DNA of 32,000 bases from assembly GCA_028279745.1 (NCBI GenBank), contig JANQNC010000001.1, positions 1,140,001 through 1,172,000 on the forward strand, given 5' to 3'. The notes beneath the pieces were generated by a model that was not told where the DNA came from, ran no database searches, and worked only from the letters and a program-made list of their open reading frames with translations. Shown piece by piece: positions 23,581 to 29,183 of the stretch (position 1 is the first letter of the stretch; each line of letters opens with the position of its first letter). The DNA is from Candidatus Nanoarchaeia archaeon (GTDB taxonomy: Archaea; Nanobdellota; Nanobdellia; Woesearchaeales; JANQNC01). A program made the translations under genes and the position numbers.

Positions 23581-25296
23581 CGATTCTTTCTTTTTCATAT
23601 ATAGGATAAATGATGCAATCATCATACCAAACACAAATGCAATAGTAAGACTGGGTACTGAGTTATTTATTTCAGGGATTCCTGCATTGTCACCTTCTTC
23701 ACCAAAGTTTTGTTGCTCGACTATAGGACAATATCCTTCATTATCCTGGGTTACATTTACGTAGTGATCAGAAATATCAGAAGCATTCAGCGCTGTGTTG
23801 TATATTGCAACCTCATCAATATTTCCCTGCCATCTGTAAGAGCTAGAAAGATCATGCGTTCTTCCAAGTCTAACGGGGTTATTATTTGTGTTAATAGAGG
23901 ATGAGAAAGACTTAGAAGCTTTTTCAATACCGTTTAAGAACAGTTTTTTATGTGTGCCGTTGTAAGTTGCAACAACGTGATTCCAATTATTGACCATTGT
24001 TGTAAAAGGGATGTATACAGATAGTTTATCGTTGTTAGTGTAGAACGCAAGCTGTTGGTTTGTTTCATAGATTAAAGAGTAAGCGTTGCTTCTGCTCTTA
24101 TCAATAATGGGTCTGTGTACAAAATTACTGAAACTGCTCAGGTTAACCCACGCTTCCAAAGTTAGTTGGTCTTGGATATCTAAAGTTGAATCGTCCGGGA
24201 TGTTAATGTAGTCATTACTTCCATCAAGAGTTACGCTCTGCCCTAGGATGCCATCAACCCAGTCAGCATCATCCATGTTAACCAAAGAAGCATCATTATC
24301 CCATAAAGAGTCATACGCTTGAGAACTGGTACCTTCCTCAAAACTCCAATAGCTAACCATGTTTGGATGTGAGAAATCATTATGGCAACCATCACAGCTA
24401 TCGCCTAGATCATCCAAGTCTTCATTTTCTTGATTTGGATTGAATGTAGTAACGCAATTATCGCAAGCATCACCTATTAAATCAGAGTCTGTGTCTGATT
24501 GTAAAGTATTTTTAGTGTATAAACAGTTATCGTCTGTGTTACAGACTGAATCTCCTTCAGTATCTAAACAATCAACAGCTTCACAATAATTCTTGTCATA
24601 ATTTTTACTTTTGTAGAACTGTGCTTCAATCTCTTGAGAACTTAAAGCTTCATTGTAAATGGCAACTTCATCAATCAATCCATCCCATTCATAATTATCA
24701 TGAGAGTTACCTATCCTTACAGGGTTTGTGCTGATACCGATAAGTCCAGTAGCTCCAACAGTCATTATGTTAGCACCATTAAAGAAAATATTTTTGTGAG
24801 TGCCGTTGTAAGTTGCAACAATGTGGTTCCAGGTGTTTATCATACTGGTTGAAGGCACATAAGCACTTGAGTCCTGAGCAGATAAACCATTAGTATAGAA
24901 GTGAATCCTTTGATCTGTGTTGTAACTTAAAGAATACGCACCATACCTGCTTTTGTCAATTATGTATCTATGATTGTTGATATTGTCCAAATTAACCCAA
25001 GCTTCTAACGTTATCTCTGTCTGTAAGTTTAAGGAAGAATCTGAAGGAACTTGAACATAATCATTCACGCCATCAAACTCAAAAGATCTATTAAGTATTC
25101 CTGTCTTATTTCTGATAACTCCAAAGTAAATTGAACCATTATTATCTCCATACGAATCTACAACATTTGTTCCCGTTTCTACATCAAACTTCCAATAACT
25201 TTCTACACTTGAATGGCAGTCATTAGGAATTTCTGCAAGAACAATACTTGTGCAGGCAAACAGCAAGGCAATAATGACTGTGATTCTCTCCTTCAT
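23575..25296 (-). CDS. Secreted surface protein: LamG-like lectin domain - thrombospondin type-3-like Ca-binding repeats - LamG-like domain - PEI-type C-terminal anchor
   Basis: The LamG signature occurs twice: LTLEAWVN / ITLEAWVN, WNH(I/V)VATYNGTHK, and IDEVAIYN.ALS..(E/D)I. Between the two are DTDSDLIGDACDNC and NEDLDDLGDSCDGC. A signal peptide is present. The tail is IPEINNSVPSLTIAFVFGMMIASFILYMKKK. Confidence 0.8.
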   Translation of the reverse strand: MKERITVIIALLFACTSIVLAEIPNDCHSSVESYWKFDVETGTNVVDSYGDNNGSIYFGVIRNKTGILNRSFEFDGVNDYVQVPSDSSLNLQTEITLEAWVNLDNINNHRYIIDKSRYGAYSLSYNTDQRIHFYTNGLSAQDSSAYVPSTSMINTWNHIVATYNGTHKNIFFNGANIMTVGATGLIGISTNPVRIGNSHDNYEWDGLIDEVAIYNEALSSQEIEAQFYKSKNYDKNYCEAVDCLDTEGDSVCNTDDNCLYTKNTLQSDTDSDLIGDACDNCVTTFNPNQENEDLDDLGDSCDGCHNDFSHPNMVSYWSFEEGTSSQAYDSLWDNDASLVNMDDADWVDGILGQSVTLDGSNDYINIPDDSTLDIQDQLTLEAWVNLSSFSNFVHRPIIDKSRSNAYSLIYETNQQLAFYTNNDKLSVYIPFTTMVNNWNHVVATYNGTHKKLFLNGIEKASKSFSSSINTNNNPVRLGRTHDLSSSYRWQGNIDEVAIYNTALNASDISDHYVNVTQDNEGYCPIVEQQNFGEEGDNAGIPEINNSVPSLTIAFVFGMMIASFILYMKKKESL

Positions 25297-25332
25297 GGAG
25301 ATAATCCCTGCAAATTCTATTTATAAAGGTTT

Positions 25333-25593
25333 TTATTCTAACTCGATAACCCAGTGTCCAAAATTTTCAATATCTTCTTTATTGTGGAAATCAGTAAGTT
25401 TCACTTTGTTAAGATTTTTTACTGTTTTCTTTAATGTCCTTCCAGTGTAAGAGTTTGTTTCTGGATCATATTCTTCTAATATTAACGTGTCGCCTTCTTT
25501 AATGTCAAAGTCTGCAAGCCTTAAATCAGTGTTCTTCTTTCCATCAAGCATTCTTTGGAATAAATCTGGCCAGGTTTTCTTTTTGATAATCAT
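25333..25593 (-). CDS. DUF3850 / ASCH-like (PUA-fold) small protein
   Basis: Sequence KKKTWPDLFQRMLDGKKNTDLRLADFDIKEGDTLILEEYDPETNSYTGRTLKKTV matches the pattern 'K..p..F..i..G.K..e.R..d.d...GD.l.l.Ey.....yTGr'. Its start overlaps the stop of the upstream HD gene. Confidence 0.6.
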   Translation of the reverse strand: MIIKKKTWPDLFQRMLDGKKNTDLRLADFDIKEGDTLILEEYDPETNSYTGRTLKKTVKNLNKVKLTDFHNKEDIENFGHWVIELE

Positions 25594-26151
25594 TTTAGAA
25601 TCAACATAGCAGCATCATATCTTGGCTTAATTATTTTTTTAGAACTTTCAAACTTCAACTGGTTCCACTTGTTTTCTAACTTTTTTCTTACAGACTCTTT
25701 AGCTTCATCTTGTGTTTGGTCTTCATAAACAAAAGCAGCCTTAAAGATTCCTGCAATGTTATCAAAATTACTCATGACATCTGCTTCAGCAAGGATCTGT
25801 TCTTCAACAGTCTCTCTGTTGCTTTGTTGAGAACCCCTATGATTAAGAATACATTTTTTTTACTAACACTATCTTTTCTTCAGGATAGTTTAATTCTTTT
25901 AGTTTAGCTTCTGCAATTTCTGCTCCTGTGATGTGATGATCTGATCTGCCTCTCATTATGGAGCCTATATCATGGATCCAACCAGCTATCAATAAGGGTT
26001 CTTTGTCTTTTATCTTTAGTTCATCAGCTAACTTTTCAACATACTTAACTGTTGGAGCAAAATGAAACTCAAAAGGCTCAAAACCATACTTGCTAGTTGG
26101 TTTTTTACATTCAGCTTCTACAAAATCTCTTATCTCTTTGACTACATCCAT
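25590..26151 (-). pseudogene. HD-domain (HDIG-type) phosphohydrolase interrupted by a 1-nt frameshift in an A8 run
   Basis: ORF 26151-25843 ends ...AGWIHDIGS...DHHITGAEIA...EKIVLVKKMYS*. Removing one A from the A8 run (T8 on + at 25854-25861) continues the frame as VKKCILNHRGSQQSNRETVEEQILAEADVMSNFDNI..., the expected second half of an HD domain. That segment runs into the 61-aa ORF at 25775-25590. Confidence 0.7.
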
Positions 26152-26189
26152 AATGATTAGAATTAACTGAGTTTTAATAAAAGTATCGT

Positions 26190-26597
26190 TTAAGCATCAA
26201 CCTTTTTAGCATGAGTTTTTGCATAAACGTCTTTGATTATTTTCAGGTGTTCAAGACCTTCTTTAAGAGTCTCAATATGCTCTGCCATTACAGTGCTTGC
26301 ATCCATACCTTGACCTTTGCTCTTTTCAGTGCCATAATAAAGATTTGGGATGGAGGCAAATGTTTCATATCGTTTGATCAAGTCTAATGTTGTCTGTTCT
26401 CTCTCAGAATACCATTTATCAAACTCTGTTTGTTCTAGTAATAATATTTGTTCAACATCAGATCTGACTGCATTTTGAGGAACCTGACCGTTAAATAAAT
26501 GGTATTTTTTATGTTCTCCGTGCTCTTTTGCAATACCATCGATTGCAGAATGGTGTTCTGTCAGTTCTGGACTGGTGGGGAATTGAGATTCTTTCAT
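26190..26597 (-). CDS. Hypothetical His/Glu-rich helical protein
   Basis: Clean 135-codon ORF with its own upstream TATA-like region. I recognised no domain. Confidence 0.4.
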   Translation of the reverse strand: MKESQFPTSPELTEHHSAIDGIAKEHGEHKKYHLFNGQVPQNAVRSDVEQILLLEQTEFDKWYSEREQTTLDLIKRYETFASIPNLYYGTEKSKGQGMDASTVMAEHIETLKEGLEHLKIIKDVYAKTHAKKVDA

Positions 26598-26722
26598 GTA
26601 ATGTAGTTTAGTTAAGGGATATAAAAAGGTTGTCCTAGTGTTTAAAAAGAAATGAACTGAGTATTTTGCTTGAAGTTTTCTTTGTAGCCCTTAACTCTAA
26701 ATAATTGGTGGATTGTTTAGAA

Positions 26723-27178
26723 ATGTTTTTAAATACTTGGTCTTTATTAAATATTGTGCACCCGATAACATTAGTAAGCATATTGATACCTTTAGTTACA
26801 TTAGTTTTGGGAATATTTTCTTTTGTTTCTTGGTTTAAAGCAAGAAAAAAAGGAAGAGATCTAACTGTGTATCTGGTAATCTGGGTTGTTTGTGCTATGG
26901 TGATAATTTTGATATTATCTTTGATGTGGGGAGCTTTTATTTTTAGCAATGACTTTGCCAGAAATCTATCATTACTTGGAGGAGTTGTATTAGTGCCGGT
27001 AGGTATTTACAGTTTAGTGAAGTGGATTGGCACTGAAGATAAAAAAAGAGTTCCATTAATCTATAAAGTACTAGGCATTAGTTCTTTAGTTCTTTTATTG
27101 ATCGTAATTTTCGCAGTACTTTTTATAGTGCTACTGTTAGTCTTTTTTGTCGCTAGTGGCGGGCCTTATGGGTTGTAG
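26723..27178 (+). CDS. Hypothetical integral membrane protein (4 TM)
   Basis: Four strongly hydrophobic segments are separated by basic loops (KARKKGRD, GTEDKKR). ATG 26723 lies in frame after the TTG at 26705. Confidence 0.5.
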   Translation: MFLNTWSLLNIVHPITLVSILIPLVTLVLGIFSFVSWFKARKKGRDLTVYLVIWVVCAMVIILILSLMWGAFIFSNDFARNLSLLGGVVLVPVGIYSLVKWIGTEDKKRVPLIYKVLGISSLVLLLIVIFAVLFIVLLLVFFVASGGPYGL

Positions 27179-27236
27179 GGTAGCTATCTTTTTTTTACAT
27201 AAACTTTAAATAATGAGTTGTTCTTATAATAATGGG

Positions 27237-28289
27237 ATGAAAAGTAAAATACGAATCTTATTGTTAAGCACTTTACTACTTTTGTTATTTGTTCCTGTAA
27301 TAGTTAAAGCAAACACTTGCGGCAGAGATAGTTACACGATGGCTTTTTTGTTGGTAAACGAAGAAGATAAAGAAATTCCTGAAGGCGTGATTGATAATCT
27401 TAATTCATTAAGAGTTATATTTTCGGAGTACTTTTATAACGCCACTTCGCAACTTGCAACAATAGATACTTCTGATGGGATCTATACTCTAAATATTACA
27501 GAGGATATGATCGAGCATCCAAATATAGATCTCCAAAAGGTGATGAATAAGTTTTATGATACTTATCCTGATGATTTTGATTTTGTTACTGTTTTTACAA
27601 CTTTTCCTTCAAGGGGAATGTTTCAGACTACGGTTAAAAAAAATCTTCCAGGGACAGGCGGGGGCATTTCAAATCTTTCTTCATATTATGGAAGCGATGA
27701 CAGACTACTTGGAATTCTTTTCATGTATAATTCTTCAAGACGTGAGCCTTCAGATTTGTTTTATCCAGGTTTTATAGGTGGCATGTTGCATGAACTCGGA
27801 CATTACTGGTGTTGTTATGCAGGTGATAATTTTGTAAGGGGAGAAGATAATGCACAACTGGAAATAATCCAGCAGGGGATTCATTATTATAGGGGTTTAG
27901 ACTCTCCATACGAAACTGGAACACCTATGAATTCAGATAACTGGATCAGCAATGGAGATGGAACATACAGGAGAGAAAACCAAGATGGCCCCGAAAAATA
28001 TCATCCCTTCACTTTGTATTTTATGGGTCTTCTACCCCGATCAGAATATGACACGAAATTCACAGTATATGATGCAGGCATACCTGGACAAGATTTTGAT
28101 GATCAAAATGCTGTATTCTACAAACAAGTCGACGTATGGGACCTAATTGCCGTTGAAGGAGAAAGGTGCCCTATTGAAAACAATTTTGAAGAGATCCCTG
28201 AAATATCAAAGACAGGTTTTATAGCGATAGTTATTGTGGTTGTAATTATGGGTGCTTTTTTAATCAAGAAAAATTCAATTTCTAAATAA
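27237..28289 (+). CDS. Secreted putative zinc metallopeptidase (HExxH) with PEI-type C-terminal anchor
   Basis: A CTTTAAATAA box at 27204-27213 places ATG 27237 at or near the transcription start. The signal peptide is MKSKIRILLLSTLLLLLFVPVIVKA. It has a single HELGH motif (GGMLHELGHYWCCY). The tail is IPEISKTGFIAIVIVVVIMGAFLIKK. Confidence 0.5.
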   Translation: MKSKIRILLLSTLLLLLFVPVIVKANTCGRDSYTMAFLLVNEEDKEIPEGVIDNLNSLRVIFSEYFYNATSQLATIDTSDGIYTLNITEDMIEHPNIDLQKVMNKFYDTYPDDFDFVTVFTTFPSRGMFQTTVKKNLPGTGGGISNLSSYYGSDDRLLGILFMYNSSRREPSDLFYPGFIGGMLHELGHYWCCYAGDNFVRGEDNAQLEIIQQGIHYYRGLDSPYETGTPMNSDNWISNGDGTYRRENQDGPEKYHPFTLYFMGLLPRSEYDTKFTVYDAGIPGQDFDDQNAVFYKQVDVWDLIAVEGERCPIENNFEEIPEISKTGFIAIVIVVVIMGAFLIKKNSISK

Positions 28290-28352
28290 CCTGAGGATTT
28301 TCTAAACCCTGTGACTGGGACTTGAAGTGAAGAAAATACGCCACCGCCCGGA

Positions 28353-28384
28353 CACCCATGATAAAAGATTTCTCTTAATATCAA
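28353..28384 (-). other. Predicted BHB (bulge-helix-bulge) intron in the T-loop, position 59/60
   Basis: Geometry: T stem (5 bp), 4-bp central helix (U.G, U.G, C-G, A-U), 3-nt bulge AAU, then inner helix UGAU/AUCA and a further 5-bp stem. The opposite 3-nt bulge UGU lies between the central helix and the T stem. Removing the intron restores the 7-nt loop UUCAAAU. Confidence 0.55.
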
Positions 28385-28416
28385 TTTGAACCGGGATATC
28401 CCGAAGGAAACCGGCT

Positions 28417-28475
28417 AACCTGGTCCTTTGTACAAAAGGATGCACTCAAGGCTTACGCTCCCAGATCTGTTTAGA
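28417..28475 (-). other. Predicted intron at or near canonical position 37/38 (3' junction uncertain)
   Basis: Something must be removed to join the anticodon loop CUUAGG to A-GCCGG (the 39-43 strand) plus the UUCG variable arm. The BHB is only relaxed (3 of 4 central pairs) and leaves one A.C mismatch in the anticodon stem. An alternative junction is at 28406. Confidence 0.3.
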
Positions 28476-28476
28476 C

Positions 28477-29106
28477 CTAAGATCGGCGCAATACCGGGTT
28501 ATGCGACGGTGGCATTTCTGATAACACTTGAGAACTTTCGCTCCTTTTTAAAGTTAACTGATACGACTTAAACTTGCTGTTCTGTAGATATGTCTTGACT
28601 TTCTTATCAAATGCCCAAACGTCTTTGATTAATTTTTTAAGATCATGAATCAAGTCTTTACTTGCAGAGTGGAATATTAAGTCCCCGTCTTTTTTTATTC
28701 CTCCGTCAGTTATTAGGAGTCCTAAAAAGAAATGTTTTTTTAATGAATTATTCCCATTTAAGATAAACGAAGGGATCTTAACATTTAACGCTTTTTTACC
28801 ACAGCATATCTCAAATTCATCTGTTATTGTTTTAAATGTCTTCACAGAGTATTTTTCGAATTCCCAGAGGGGTTGCTTATTTGGTCTTTTTCTGACCCTG
28901 ATTGTTCCTTTAATGTCGAATAACTTAGAAAATAATTCATAAAATAGTTTTACATATTCTTTATTGGTATTGTAAAAACAGATCGGATATATTCTATGTC
29001 CTCCTCCATTGTGTTTCACAGGGAGACAACCGTCACCTGCCAACATACCTAAAAACATAGCGAGATCATTAGATTTTTTTAATTTGTAAATTTTATTCTT
29101 TTCCAA
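28477..29106 (-). CDS. Free-standing double-motif LAGLIDADG homing endonuclease
   Basis: Two LAGLIDADG motifs, FLGMLAGDGCL and FFLGLLITDGGI, are about 100 aa apart, with typical K/N-rich beta-sheet segments. The start is TTG at 29106; the first ATG is codon 17. The last 12 codons overlap the tRNA gene. Confidence 0.85.
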   Translation of the reverse strand: MEKNKIYKLKKSNDLAMFLGMLAGDGCLPVKHNGGGHRIYPICFYNTNKEYVKLFYELFSKLFDIKGTIRVRKRPNKQPLWEFEKYSVKTFKTITDEFEICCGKKALNVKIPSFILNGNNSLKKHFFLGLLITDGGIKKDGDLIFHSASKDLIHDLKKLIKDVWAFDKKVKTYLQNSKFKSYQLTLKRSESSQVLSEMPPSHNPVLRRS

Positions 29107-29140
29107 CCTAATAAATAACGTGGTTGAATCTACTAATTAA

Positions 29141-29157
29141 GTTTTCTATTAGAAAAC
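29141..29157 (-). terminator. Hairpin (7 bp, 3-nt loop) downstream of the acidic-protein gene
   Basis: gttttct-att-agaaaac lies 27 nt after the stop at 29184, and AT-rich sequence follows. Confidence 0.4.
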
Positions 29158-29183
29158 GGAATTATTTCTGGGGGTGTTGAAAA

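Larger units (their letters stand above)
28339..28513 (-). tRNA. tRNA-Leu(UAG)-like gene interrupted by two predicted introns (about 59 nt after the anticodon; 32 nt in the T-loop at 59/60)
   Basis: On the minus strand: 7-bp acceptor stem GCCACCG/CGGUGGC; U8; D arm GCAU-AACCCGGUA-UUGC (A14, G18G19, A21); anticodon loop CUUAGG (anticodon at 28479-28477). A UUCG-capped variable-arm helix is present (tetraloop at 28405-28402). The T arm is CCCGG-UUCAAAU...CCGGG. A TTTAAAAA box lies ~32 nt upstream (28545-28552), and UAUUUUCUU follows the 3' end. The region is GC-rich relative to its surroundings. Confidence 0.6.

Noticed and set aside
25590-25775. The 61-aa ORF as an independent small gene between the HD gene and DUF3850.
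   Set aside because: Its frame is open upstream all the way to the A8 run, and the upstream translation is the conserved second half of the HD domain. It is the 3' part of a frameshifted gene.
26604-26700. Inverted repeat gttaaggg / cccttaac separated by 69 nt in the divergent promoter between 26597 and 26723.
   Set aside because: Only 8 perfect bp at long spacing in AT-rich DNA, so it could arise by chance. The interval is occupied by two TATA-like boxes, so ordinary divergent promoters explain the region.
26635-26949. 104-aa minus-strand ORF overlapping the start of the membrane-protein gene.
   Set aside because: It has a Lys/Ile/Thr-rich composition typical of a wrong-strand reading of AT-rich DNA and has no ribosome-binding site. 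It overlaps the promoter and the first TM segments of a much more convincing plus-strand gene.
28406-28474. Alternative class I fold of the tRNA: a 69-nt intron, 39-43 = UUCGG, and a 5-nt variable loop GAUAU.
   Set aside because: This fold gives a neat 74-nt tRNA. However, it would pair a Leu anticodon (UAG, with G37 and a class-II-like D arm) with a short variable arm. It destroys the c(UUCG)g hairpin and gives 1 of 4 central BHB pairs, against 3 of 4 for the class II model. I keep it only as an alternative junction.
28339-28513. GC-rich structured RNA considered as SRP RNA, RNase P RNA or the core of a group I intron hosting the LAGLIDADG ORF.
   Set aside because: I found no SRP helix-8 motif (GGAA tetraloop with AGCA-type loop), no RNase P CR-I/CR-V strings (GAGGAAAGUCC, ACAGAA..CGGCUUA) and no group I P/Q/R/S-like elements. 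There are no flanking host exons such as rRNA. The 7-bp closing helix, D-loop, T-arm and anticodon loop fit a tRNA far better.
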